64,000 nucleotides of DNA from Neoechinorhynchus agilis (taxonomy: Eukaryota; Animalia; Acanthocephala), in NCBI GenBank assembly GCA_051530055.1, contig CM121341.1:14362784-14426783 (forward strand), read 5' to 3'. This document shows positions 51,398 to 63,629 of this stretch, one piece after another. The number at the start of each line of letters is the position of its first letter. Positions within the stretch are counted from its first letter, which is position 1. The notes under the pieces are model-generated. The model did no database searches and was not told the origin of the DNA. It was given only the letters and a program-made list of their open reading frames with translations. The position numbers and the translations under genes are program-made.

Positions 51398-53133
51398 GAT
51401 GTTCAAGAAATTTCTACCAAATGACGAGAGCTCGTTCTCTAAAACATATACCGTTACCATGGTGAAAGTCCACAAAATTTTGGTTTCATAACTTAGATAT
51501 GCAGAATAAAGATTTTTCTCCTTTCTCATCAGAACGTTTACAACATACGTTAAAGTGTTGAAGTAATAAAGTAACTTATGGGAATTCTAATAAAAAATTT
51601 TACTAACGAATAAGTTGAAGGTCTCGGTGATCACTAGTTTCAAAAGATAGACATGTGATAAATACTTCTGCAACCTTCTGTTCGTAAATATATGTTCAAC
51701 GTCCTTAACTCATCATTTGAAAGCGATTAGTTCAAAATCAATTGATGCGACGAAAAATGGGTGTTAAAACCCACGAAACTGAATCATAGATTAAATAGCG
51801 AATACAACAGTTTTCAATGCACTTAAAAAAATTTAGCGTGACTTTTTACAACAACGAAGATCAACTCTGCGGCGACAAGTCGGACGATCGGTTAAATATC
51901 AAAGCTATCCATTTCGAAAAGGCTGCTTAGGACGCGACTCATCGAAACTCGAGTTGTTGTTCGTGTAATATCATTTACGGGTACAAATGCCACCATCGGT
52001 ACGTGCAATTCGCGAAGGGAATACTCTAGTATTTGAATGCTTTTAAAATAAAACTGTTAAAATTTATAAAATTATTTGATTTAATAAACAATCCTTTATC
52101 ATAACATCAAAATGCGCTCGATATGTAGATTATTCAAATCCGCTGGTTGCTGAGTTTAACGGGGGGGTTGCGAGGCTGCTGTAAGGGTAAGGGGTCAAGT
52201 TTGAGATTACCCATAGGCCCAAGAAGAAGGTTGGCCCTGTCCCTTCGAGTTAGGCTTTGCGCCTCCGAAATGTGTGAGTTAGCCGAGATCATCCCAGAGA
52301 ACGATAAAAGGATCCCAAAAAGACATGCCGTAAGGCTATGAGTGTATGCGACCTAAGATAAATCAAAAATAAATACCATAAAATATTTTGAATAGGAAAT
52401 TAATAAATGGAGATTTCATATGAATTATCGTCAGTTCCGTTGTTAACGATCTAAACACCCAATTTAAGATTCGTGTGATGGGTAAGGAAATTGAATAGTT
52501 TCTTTACCATTATTTTCAAAACTAGTGATCTGTCACAAAATTCTTTATAAATTTTTCTATTGCTCTAGTATTTTTCAAGATGTATGGAATGGCCAACCAA
52601 CTATTTAATTCTACTATAGATATAAATGGATAATGTCTCTTTGACTTCGATTTGCACTCATCAAAAATCTTGAATTACAAAAGAAATTGTTCCAAAATTT
52701 GCAACGATTTTATGTTCCAGAAACGATCAACAATTTCGCACAATGTTTTGTTATAAAGACTTCAAATTTATGGTACGATGGCTCAAATGTCTAGAAATGC
52801 AATTATTTATTAGAAATCTCAAAAGTTGAACAATTGATAACTTTGTGTTACTTTTCATTGGCAATGTTGAATTTATTGAACAATAATTTATGTAAGTTCG
52901 ATCTCAGTGAATACTTAAAATTAAATTCCAAAACCAATTTGACCATTGGATTGTGTTTCGTGGCAACCTCGCTTCCAGCTTCTAAGACTGGTATTTTCCA
53001 ATGTGCTATCAACAATGGTGATTTGTTTTGCATGAACAATATGATACATGTTTCCAATTATCGGAAATTGGGGATAGCCCCTCCTGTAACCACCTAAGCG
53101 GTGCTGGTGATCCGAGAAATACAACCAGAATAC

Positions 53134-54252
53134 ATGTCTGCCGAGCATAATATTGTTGATGGAGTAGAGGGAGATAATGCATTGGATGCCCAGAGTAACC
53201 AACCATACATTGTCGCGAGAACGACTGTTGCAAATGCGAGGACTCGAGTTCGAAATAATTCATGGGGTCCATTTACGTACGCGGATTTAATCGAATCTGC
53301 AATATTAAAATTGTCAAAAATCTATTCATGGTTCGCCACAAATATTCCATACTTTTCTGAACGAACAACTGCGCAAGCCAGTAAACAGTGGAAGGTAAGC
53401 GCTGAAAGTCATACAGCACAAATATCGATTATTTTAGAATTCAATAAGCCACAATCTTTCTGGTCGCGATATGTTCAGAAAAATTCCGAATAGCAGGGGG
53501 ATTGGTCCGTCACTGTGGATTATAGATCCTGAATACATCGCGAGCGGAACGACGAAGAGAACATGGAAAAGACCATCGAGAAATATACGTAGAAGAGGTC
53601 CATATGGATCCGTGTTTTCTCGACGTAGAGGAACAAGAGCTAATGAACGTAGAGTTCCAGCAAATCAAATACATGCCAGTGCTCCAAATCAGACGAATCC
53701 GCCGGGTAAATTTAAATATCGTATTCACCGTATATTTAAATCTACATTTTAGGCTCGTATTATACTTCATGGACTCCATTGAAACAAGTAAATACTGCGG
53801 CTATGGGACAAAACATCCCATATATTCCACAACAAATGCCATTGCCGCATTTTAGTCAGCAAGCACCTCCATTAATGACAACATGGTTTCCTTATGGCAG
53901 TGGTGGACTGCATCCGGTCGTTCATGGAGCAGTGCCAACCAATGACCTGTTTCAAGAACAAGGTCAGAATTGGTATGTACAACCGACGAACTACGTCCAC
54001 AATCAAAACTTAAACTACAATTTCGTTCAAAATGGACAACTGCACGTGAATTCAGCTGTGTCGTCGGCGAATACGTTCGAAGGTGGATATGTTTATCCGA
54101 ATAACGCTGACCATTTCGTTTCTCGAGCAAACATGCACACCGGAGTTGAAGCCGAAAGGAACGCGCCCGAAAACGTTAACATTGCAGGATCTCTTTTCAA
54201 TCGCAATCAACCAACTGTTTATTATCAAACCGATGGAGACACACGCCGATGA
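53134..54252 (+). CDS. FOXO: FoxO-like forkhead protein copy 2 (same 21-bp deletion plus R-to-S in the recognition helix)
   Basis: As copy 1, but exon 2 starts aat tca ata agc cac aat = NSISHN. Confidence 0.8.
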
Positions 54253-54820
54253 ACAGATCCAATGAGCACAAGTGACAAGATAACCAGGACTTACCGATTC
54301 CTACGAGGAAGGATGGTATTTTTAGTAGCCCGAATAAATGTGGAAATTCATACAGATTCACTTTGAGGCTTGTAGAGAGCATGGAATAGTTAACCGATGG
54401 CTATCGCGATAAACTCATGATAGATTTACATGAATTCGAAAAAACGAATAACAGTTCAAAGCGTTTTTTTTATTAAAAAGAACAATGCAACGACCGATAT
54501 TAGGTGGAATCACAGAAAATAATACAATTATTAGCAATAAATGATCGATTTTAAATTATATCAACACTCGAAATCCGAGTTTTGGTATCCACTTGGAGAT
54601 CATAAAGAAGCCGAATTGGAAGGAATGCTTAATATTAATTTATTAGCTGTGAAATTACTCTTTCAATGATGTAATTTCAATCTTTTGTCACGCCCTCCTG
54701 CACGTCAAACAAAATTCGTATAACACTAGTTTTTTGTGCGTATGTGACAGTGTGAAAATTTCTTTAAAAAATTCGTTTTATTGCAAGAGCGAGTTAAAAA
54801 AATCGTAATTCTTCTTAAAG

Positions 54821-55633
54821 ATGCAAAAAAGTGCATCGACTCCATCGCTTTTCAACCGTAGCGGTCTAAAACGTGCAGCGAATCAGAATGAAACTTATCT
54901 TCATCTCCGATCGCGTTTGGTTTCAGTGAAAAGTCGCTTTAACAATGAGTATTCACGATTCGCCGTAGACTTTAATCAATTTTCTGATTTCGAGGAGTTT
55001 AATCGATATGTTTGCGGTATGAATGGGATAGACATGGACACCTATGAATCAAAGAACAGCAGTTTTCATGTGTTTTACTCGGATATTCGAAATCAGTCAA
55101 TGCTTCCTGTCACAAATGAACATAACTTTGCACGAATGGTCAATCAATATGTAGATAATCACGAACGTCGACTTCTTCGTATTTATGTGGTTAATATTGA
55201 TCTCGGTTCCACTTCGGTCGGCAACGCTATGCCAACATCAAAATACATAAGGTTCAGGCAGAACCTTCCTATTCGGTGTCTTAATGATCTCCGAGTGGTC
55301 GGTTCTCTCATTAACGACAACACTCTTCCTACAAATTGCCGCAAGGTGCATCTTCACAGAGATGACCCTAAAATGAATCTTGGCTTTTACATTCGAAAAG
55401 GTCAAGGTTTGAGCAAAGAGTCCCTTCTGTCCGAAGTTAGCGAAGGCATATTCGTATCAAAACTGCTTCCCGGCGCACTCGCCGAACGATGTGGCCTTTT
55501 ATCGATCAATGATGAAATTATTGAAGTGAATGGTATTTTAATCGACGGAATGGCAGTGAGTGAAGTAGCCGATCTTCTGTCTCAATACAAAAACGACGTT
55601 AATCTCATTATACGATCTCCATGTTGCACTTGA
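54821..55633 (+). CDS. PARD6: Divergent intronless Par-6-like polarity protein (PB1, degenerate semi-CRIB, PDZ)
   Basis: Motifs VSVKSRFNNEYSRF, LPVTNEHNF, RKVHLHRDDPKMNLGFYIR, GIFVSKLLPGALAERCGLLSINDEIIEVNGI. Confidence 0.88.
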   Translation: MQKSASTPSLFNRSGLKRAANQNETYLHLRSRLVSVKSRFNNEYSRFAVDFNQFSDFEEFNRYVCGMNGIDMDTYESKNSSFHVFYSDIRNQSMLPVTNEHNFARMVNQYVDNHERRLLRIYVVNIDLGSTSVGNAMPTSKYIRFRQNLPIRCLNDLRVVGSLINDNTLPTNCRKVHLHRDDPKMNLGFYIRKGQGLSKESLLSEVSEGIFVSKLLPGALAERCGLLSINDEIIEVNGILIDGMAVSEVADLLSQYKNDVNLIIRSPCCT

Positions 55634-56010
55634 AGTTCTGACCTATATTGACGAAAATTTACTATCATTTGTCCTTCACTTTAACGGCCGTTAAAATGAC
55701 GCTGCTTATTTTTCTTCGCATTGAGTTTTAATGAATACTATAAAGTACCTTCACTCCTACGTTTTTCTTAATTGAACCTTATTCCTAATTTAAATTCCCA
55801 CTTCCTCATTCTTTTATACACGGTGCTAATTGCCAAAAAATAATGTCGCATATTGCCGAATTCTGTACAAGTCGTAAGCCCTTAAAATCTGTTGTTTGTT
55901 GTCATATCTATGATTTAAATAACCAGTGGAAACCGGTGACAGTTTTAACTACTTAGTGTTTCACATAATTAACGTGCAAACAATTCTTATTTAATAAAGC
56001 GCGAATAACA

Positions 56011-58507
56011 TCACGATCGGCCGGAAAATAACTTCACGATATCGCTCCAATTTAGCTTGAAACGTAGTGAATCGTTTTGATGCTCTTCATTATCATCATC
56101 AATCTTAGCTACATGACCATTTTTAAATCTTAATTTTAAAACCCAGTGGTCGACAGGGTGCCCGTGCTTATCTATACACATTCCTTTACACGCTTTCCTA
56201 CATTGTGACAAATCAAATGATCTGTCGCTGTCCTTTTTAGTTTTACAGTCACGATCGCATTCAGTCTCGCATTGATTGTTATTTCCTTCTTGATTGATTT
56301 GTTCGGAGGCTGCCGTGCTTCGCGTACTTTGCTCTTCGTCTACTTTATCTTCTTCAAGCATCCCTTCGCGTTTAAATGTACTTCTGGCTGGTTCCTCGTT
56401 ATTAGCCAATGTATTTATATCCCTGCTATTACACTTTTCTTTACAAGATTTCATGCATATTGGCAAATCAAATGATCTGTCGCTGTCCTTTTTAGTTTTA
56501 CAGTCACGATCGCATTCAGTCTCGCATTGATTGTGATTTACGTATTGATTGATTTGTACGGAGGCTGCCGTGCTTCGCGTACTTTGCTCTTCGTCTACTT
56601 TATCTTCTTCAAGCATCCCTTCGCCTTTAAATGTACTTCTGGCGGGTTCCTCGTTATTAGCCAATGTATTCATATCCTCACTATTACACTTTTCTTTACA
56701 AGATTTCATGCATATTGGCAAATCAACTGATTTGTCGCTGTCCTTTTTTATTTCACAATAACGATTGCATTCAGTCTCGTTGCGTTGTGATTTCCGTCTT
56801 GATTTTTTTGTTCGGAGGCTGCTGTGCTTGGCGTGCTTTGCTCTTCCTCTACTTTATCTTCTTCAAGCGCCCCTTCGCCTTTAAATATACTTCTGGCTGG
56901 TTCCTCGTTATTAGCCAATGTATTTATATCCTCACTATTACACTTTTCTTTACAAGATTTCATGCATATTGACAAATCAACTGATTTGTCGCTGTCCTTT
57001 TTAAATTCACAATTACGATCGCATTCAGTCTCGCATTGATTGCTATTTCCGTCTTGATTTATTTGTTCGGAGGCGTCTACTTTATCTTCTTCAATCGTCC
57101 CTTCGCCTTTAAATGTACTTCTGGCTGGTTCCTCGTTATTAGCCAATGTATTCATATCCTCACTATTACACTTTTCTTTACAAGATTTCATGCATATTGG
57201 CAAATCAAATGATCTGTCGCTGTCCTTTTTAGTTTTACAGTCACGATCGCATTCAGTCTCGCATTGATTGTGATTTACGTATTGATTGATTTGTTCGGTG
57301 GCCGCTGTGCTTGGCGTACTTTGTTCTTCGTCTACTTTATCTTCTTCAAGCGTCCCTTCGCCTTTAAATATACTTCTGGCTGGTTCCTCGTTATTAGCCA
57401 ATGTATTTATATCCTCACTATTACACTTTTCTTTACAAGATTTCATGCATATTGGCAAATCAACTGATTTGTCGCTGTCCTTTTTAATTTCACAGTCGCG
57501 ATCGCATTCAGTCTCGCATTGATTGTAATCGCCCTGTTTATTGATTGTTTCCAAAGAAGTTATGAATGGTCCACGTTGTACGTCTTCACTTTTACCATTT
57601 TTTGTCACCTCATTACTACCAAATATTTTTCGACCGATTTGCCTCGATCTTTATAATTAGCAATACATTGCTTAATGCAAGGCCTAGAGCAATGAATGAG
57701 GTTCTCATTTGGAGACCACAAACATTTTTTTCTGCATTGATCTTTACATTTCTTAAACGTGTGCATTTGTTTACCTCTGGGGTAGTGTTTGAGGTGACCT
57801 AATAGTTTCAAATTCATTCGTTTCTTCTCCAATGATTCACTTAAATCGTTTTTGGTTGCTTTTGCGTTTTCCCAATGAGGCTGGCAGATTTTTTTTCTAG
57901 TGATTCTCATACAAGCAATAACGCAAGGATTTGAGCAGCCTATAAGATCACCGAATACGGAGGCATGGCATTTTGCCTCGCATTTTGAGTTGCAATTCAT
58001 CAACCTTTTGCGGTTGTATTCAAATACATACCCAAGATCTCTTTCGAGTGGACTAATATATTGAAGATTTGATTGCGAATCATAGGTTCGTGATATGCCA
58101 CCCAAGATGTTCTCAGTAAAACCTCTTCGTGAATTCTTTGCTTGCAAACTTCGCTTACTTCTCTGTGATACCTGCATTTTATCATAATATATGCAATCTT
58201 CGAAGCATGTGAGTAAACAATTGATCCATTCATCTAAATATTCTGTCCTGTTCAGGTGTTTTTTGTTCAAATGTTCGCAGTTTTGTTTACAGGTGCCATA
58301 ACAAGGATGTCGTTTTGAACCACCCATTATGTTTGTTTCTCGTTGCTTTTCAAGAAACGTATCCGTCCTTCGCTCTGCTGAAGTTATGTCCCCCGCGTTT
58401 TCGATTGTATCTCTCCATATATTTCTTCCTATATCTTGCGCCATTCCTGCTTGAAAAATTATGCAAAAACTGGTAAGCATATAAAACGCAATAATGCAAA
58501 ATCTCAT
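56011..58507 (-). CDS. Secreted Cys-module repeat protein copy 2 (3 unique plus 6 repeated modules), frameshifted in this assembly
   Basis: Repeat anchors at 56262, 56517, 56772, 57026, 57254 and 57509. One T is missing from a T-run near 57625, and there is a further shift near 56780. Confidence 0.8.
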
Positions 58508-59914
58508 GATGTTCAAGAAATTTCTACCAAATGACGAGAGCTCGTTCTCTAAAACATATACCGTTACCATGGTGAAAGTCCACAAAATTTTGGTTTCATA
58601 ACTTAGATATGCAGAATAAAGATTTTTCTCCTTTCTCATCAGAACGTTTACAACATACGTTAAAGTGTTGAAGTAATAAAGTAACTTATGGGAATTCTAA
58701 TAAAATTTTTTACTAACGAATAAGTTGAAGGTCTCGGTGATCACTAGTTTACAAAGATAGACATGTGATAAATACTTCTTCAACCTTCTGTTCGTAAATA
58801 TATGTTCAACGTTTGAATGCTTTTAAAATAAAACTGTTAAAATTTATAAAATTATTTGATTTAATAAACAATCCTTTACCATAACATCAAAATGCGCTCG
58901 ATATGTAGATTATTCAAATCCGCTGGTTGCTGAGTTTAACGGGGGGGGTTGCGAGGCTGCTGTAAGGGTAAGGGGTCAAGTTTGAGATTACCCATAGGCC
59001 CAAGAAGAAGGTTGGCCCTGTCCCTTCGAGTTAGGCTTTGCGCCTCCGAAATGTGTGAGTTAGCCGAGATCATCCCAGAGAACGATAAAAGGATCCCAAA
59101 AAGACATGCCGTAAGGCTATGAGTGTATGCGACCTAAGATAAATCAAAAATAAATACCATAAAATATTTTGAATAGGAAATTAATAAATGGAGATTTCAT
59201 ATGAATTATCGTCAGTTCCGTTGTTAACGATCTAAACACCCAATTTAAGATTCGTGTGATGGGTAAGGAAATTGAATAGTTTCTTTACCATTATTTTCAA
59301 AACTAGTGATCTGTCACAAAATTCTTTATAAATTTTTCTATTGTTCTAGTATTTTTCAAGATGTATGGAATGGCCAACCAACTATTTAATTCTACTATAG
59401 ATATAAATGGATAATGTCTCTTTGACTTCGATTTGCACTCGTCAAAAATCTTGAATTACAAAAGAATTGTTCCAAAATTTGCAACGATTTTATGTTCCAG
59501 AAACGATCAACAATTTCGCACAATGTTTTGTTATAAAGACTTCAAATTTATGGTACGATGGCTCAAATGTCTAGAAATGCAATTATTTATTAGAAATCTC
59601 AAAAGTTGAACAATTGATAACTTTGTGTTACTTTTCATTGACATTGTTGAATTTATTGAACAATAATTTATGTAAGTTCGATCTCAGTGAATACTTAAAA
59701 TTAAATTCCAAAACCAATTTGACCATTGGATTGTGTTTCGTGGCAACCTCGCTTCCAACTTCTAAGACTGGTATTTTCCAATGTGCTATCAACAATGGTG
59801 ATTTGTTTTGCATGAACAATATGATACATGTTTCCAATTATCGGAAATTGGGGATAGCCCCTCCTGTAACCACTCTAAGCGGTGCTGGTGATCCGAGAAA
59901 TACAACCAGAATAC

Positions 59915-61054
59915 ATGTCTGCCGAGCATAATATTGTTGATGGAGTAGAGGGAGATAATGCATTGGATGCCCAGAGTAACCAACCATACATTGTCGCGAG
60001 AACGACTGTTGCAAATGCGAGGACTCGAGTTCGAAATAATTCATGGGGTCCATTTACGTACGCGGATTTAATCGAATCTGCAATTCAAAGTAGCCCCCAA
60101 AGGGCATTAAAATTGTCAAAAATCTATTCATGGTTCGCCACAAATATTCCATACTTTTCTGAACGAACAACTGCGCAAGCCAGTAAACAGTGGAAGGTAA
60201 GCGTTGAAAGTCATAGAGCACAAATATCGATTATTTTAGAATTCAATAAGGCACAATCTTTCTGGTCGCGATATGTTCAGAAAAATTCCGAATAGCAGGG
60301 GGATTGGTCCGTCACTGTGGATTATAGATCCTGAATACATCGCGAGCGGAACGACGAAGAGAACATGGAAAAGACCATCGAGAAATATACGTAGAAGAGG
60401 TCCATATGGATCCGTGTTTTCTCGACGTAGAGGAACAAGAGCTAATGAACGTAGAGTTCCAGCAAATCAAATACATGCCAGTGCTCCAAATCAGACGAAT
60501 CCGCCGGGTAAATTTAAATATCGTATTCACCGTATATTTAAATCTACATTTTAGGCTCGTATTATACTTCATGGACTCCATTGGAACAAGTAAATACTGC
60601 GGCTATGGGACAAAACATCCCATATATTCCACAACAAATGCCATTGCCGCATTTTAGTCAGCAAGCACCTCCATTAATGACAACATGGTTTCCTTATGGC
60701 AGTGGTGGACTGCATCCGGTCGTTCATGGAGCAGTGCCAACCAATGACCTGTTTCAAGAACAAGGTCAGAATTGGTATGTACAACCGACGAACTACGTCC
60801 ACAATCAAAACTTAAACTACAATTTCGTTCAAAATGGACAACTGCACGTGAATTCAGCTGTGTCGTCGGCGAATACGTTCGAAGGTGGATATGTTTATCC
60901 GAATAACGCTGACCATTTCGTTTCTCGAGCAAACATGCACACCGGAGTTGAAGCCGAAAGGAACGCGCCCGAAAACGTTAACATTGCAGGATCTCTTTTC
61001 AATCGCAATCAACCAACTGTTTATTATCAAACCGATGGAGACACACGCCGATGA
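59915..61054 (+). CDS. FOXO: FoxO-like forkhead protein copy 3 (complete forkhead domain), 349 aa
   Basis: Exons 59915-60196, 60240-60507 and 60555-61054. Reads SWGPFTYADLIESAIQSSPQRALKLSKIYSWF...WKNSIRHNLS. Confidence 0.88.
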
Positions 61055-62259
61055 ACAGATCCAATGAGCACAAGTGACAAGATAACCAGGACTTACCGAT
61101 TCCTACGAGGAAGGATGGTATTTTTAGTAGCCCGAATAAATGTGGAAATTCATACAGATTCACTTTGAGGCTTGTAGAGAGCATGGAATAGTTAACCGAT
61201 GGCTATCGCGATAAACTCATGATAGATTTACATGAATTCGAAAAAACGAATAACAGTTCAAAGCGTTTTTTTTATTAAAAAGAACAATGCAACTACCGAT
61301 ATTTGGTGGAATCACAGAAAATAATATAATTATTAGCAATAAATGATCGATTTTAAATTATATCAATAAATGTTTTCTAATAAAATTATTTTGGGTACGA
61401 ATACAAAATGAAGTGATATTTCGAGCGTAAAACGTCTCGGTATGATATCAGGAGTTGTAGGAGATTTTTAAATTCATTGAGGTTATGTATCGCTACAGCT
61501 TGCGCTAGTATTTATAATATAAGCCTATTAAAAGTTCGCTTCAAAGTTTAATACAATTTTTGTCTGTTGGTTAAAGAAAGACACATCAAATGTGTAAGAA
61601 ATTAAAATCTCTCCGCTGAAATAAACCCTAAATTATGTGTTTTCTAATTTTATTAAGCAGAGGAAATTTCATGTTAATTTGCAACTTTGTTCGTCAAAGC
61701 GCTTTGCAATATAATATTTAATTTTTGAGCATACATTATCTACGATAAGGACCAGGATTGTTTATTTGCCGTCAATTTACTGATACTGATTAAGGTTTTT
61801 GCTTGGCCACTCATTGAGATAAGTTAGAAGCTCCGTTTTGACTGACCAATTTTATTTAATGCGATTTGAAATTATATCATAAGTAAAATTTGCACTTAAC
61901 TTAGCAAGACCATTCAAACAAAAGAAAAGTAATTATGTGCTTTTAGTTTTACCCTTATTTTAAATGTTGAGAAATATGAAAAATTTGATCAGAATTCATT
62001 TATATTAGTTTGACCAAATAATATAACTCCTGTTGCTTCAAATTCGACTAATTTAATTAAACGTTATCTGCAAGAGCATCAGAGTGATACATTGCTTTTT
62101 TGTTATTTTCGTAATACCATTTTTAGGAATTCTTTTATTTCAAACAAAGTTCACAGGAAAAAGCTGTCTGATATGCGATTCACTTTGAGTCATCACTTAC
62201 CAGGTCTATTTGAAAAGAAAACATCACTTGTATGGAATGAACATCCAACTCAGAAACGA

Positions 62260-63236
62260 ATGGTGTCATCATCTGATGCAAGTGAATCTTTTTTCCAAAG
62301 AATATCCCGTATTCCATTGGTCAGATCATGGAACCGGAAGGCGTCGCATGTGTACTGCAGGATGAAAACGGTACATCCGTTGGTGGAGAGATCTAGTAAA
62401 TATTTTAAAGGCATAACCGGATCTGTCATATCTTCGGTCTCCCCTATATTGAGCAATATTGAGCCTCTAGGTATACTCCGTTTCTTTGTAAATAAAAACT
62501 TAATTTTTTACATAGCAAACACTGGCTTAGACAATTTAGAGAGAAACTATCCGAATATGTTTTCGCCACCCGAAAAGGTCAGATAACACCTTTTCTAGGC
62601 AGCTAGAATTGTTATTATTCTTAGATATTAAGGACAGTGTCCGAGGAGGTCACCACAGTTACCAGAAATGGACTCCAACGGGCTTCGCACGCTCTGGAAT
62701 TTATAAATAATTCTCTCTGGGGAGAAAAATCAGTGTCTAAAGTCGAGAACTCCGTGTACAATAGTGCTCCAGATAATGTTGAAAACATCGATTCAGGAAT
62801 ATTGTCCGATACTCAAGATAGAATTCAAACAGCGCTTACCTTAATAATTGAACTCATAAAGTTCATTGAAAAATCACAAGAAAACCACGACGTGAACGTT
62901 TTTTATCTATCCTTAACTGCAGATGAGCAATCGCAAATCGAAAGTTCGACCACTTTAGAGATGAAGAGAGAGAAAACGGTCACTTATGTTCTAGGTAAAA
63001 TTAAGACCGACCTTGAATATGTTAGTCACACTCTCCGAAACGTTTTGCCGGGTGTCCTTAAATCTGGTTATATCACTGCGATCACAATATGCAATGATGC
63101 CAATAAGGAATTTATGAACGAATCAGTCGAGGATGCTGGAAAAGTCAATTTCGTCACAATACAAAAACTACAATCCCTTCAAAATTTCCTGATCCGTGCT
63201 ATTTCATGGAATAAAGAAGCTTCTTCGACAGTTTAG
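62260..63236 (+). CDS. PLIN: Perilipin-family lipid-droplet protein
   Basis: PAT-domain-like sequence FQRISRIPLV...YCRMKTVHPLV...ANTGLDNLERNYPNMFSPPEK. Canonical introns 62471-62515 and 62578-62624. Confidence 0.75.
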
Positions 63237-63245
63237 CATGTGATA

Positions 63246-63629
63246 TTACTTAAGTAAATCAAACGTATATTTTAACTTAATGAACCTTGTAACATCGTCC
63301 GTAACGAAAGTTGCGTACCGGATTAAAAATAAAGGAAATTGTTGCATTCTTGTCTTTGATCGTTTGGGCTGCTTGATTCTACTTGGTAATGCAACGTCGG
63401 CTAAGAGTTTAAAGCAAACTAAATGTGGTTTGTTACCAATACCTTTTGTTATATCACCAAAGACTATTTGTCTACTTGAACCAAAGTAAAGTTTTACAAT
63501 ATGTGCCACTAACGATATCTGATTTTCATAATTGCTAATATTCGCCAGAATGTCGAAGCCATGCAAACTATTGAAACAGGGAGTCACATCATGGCTCTCG
63601 CAGACCGGTCTGCAACAAGCTCCAACCAA
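63246..63629 (-). CDS. Possible terminal exon of an unidentified gene convergent with the perilipin
   Basis: 127-aa open frame ending 10 nt from the perilipin stop. No motif recognised. Confidence 0.3.
   Translation of the reverse strand: MVGACCRPVCESHDVTPCFNSLHGFDILANISNYENQISLVAHIVKLYFGSSRQIVFGDITKGIGNKPHLVCFKLLADVALPSRIKQPKRSKTRMQQFPLFLIRYATFVTDDVTRFIKLKYTFDLLK

Larger units (their letters stand above)
45209..61370. repeat. Tandem segmental duplication, period about 6.8-6.9 kb (FoxO-like x3, Cys-module gene x2, Par-6-like intact x1 plus fragments)
   Basis: Near-identical blocks: 45810-47690 = 52690-54588 = 59465-61370; 45209-45718 = 54589-55098; 47700-48110 = 55600-56010; 48110-51690 ~ 56011-58810; 52030-52690 = 58810-59465. 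Confidence 0.95.

Noticed and set aside
52147-52341. GC-richer open segment duplicated at about 58925-59120
   Set aside because: Open on both strands but with no recognisable motif. The duplication is explained by the segmental repeat.
48371-57802. Many 60-100 aa plus-strand ORFs (MIVIYVLIDLF..., MICSVAAVL...)
   Set aside because: Antisense shadows of the Cys-module repeat gene.
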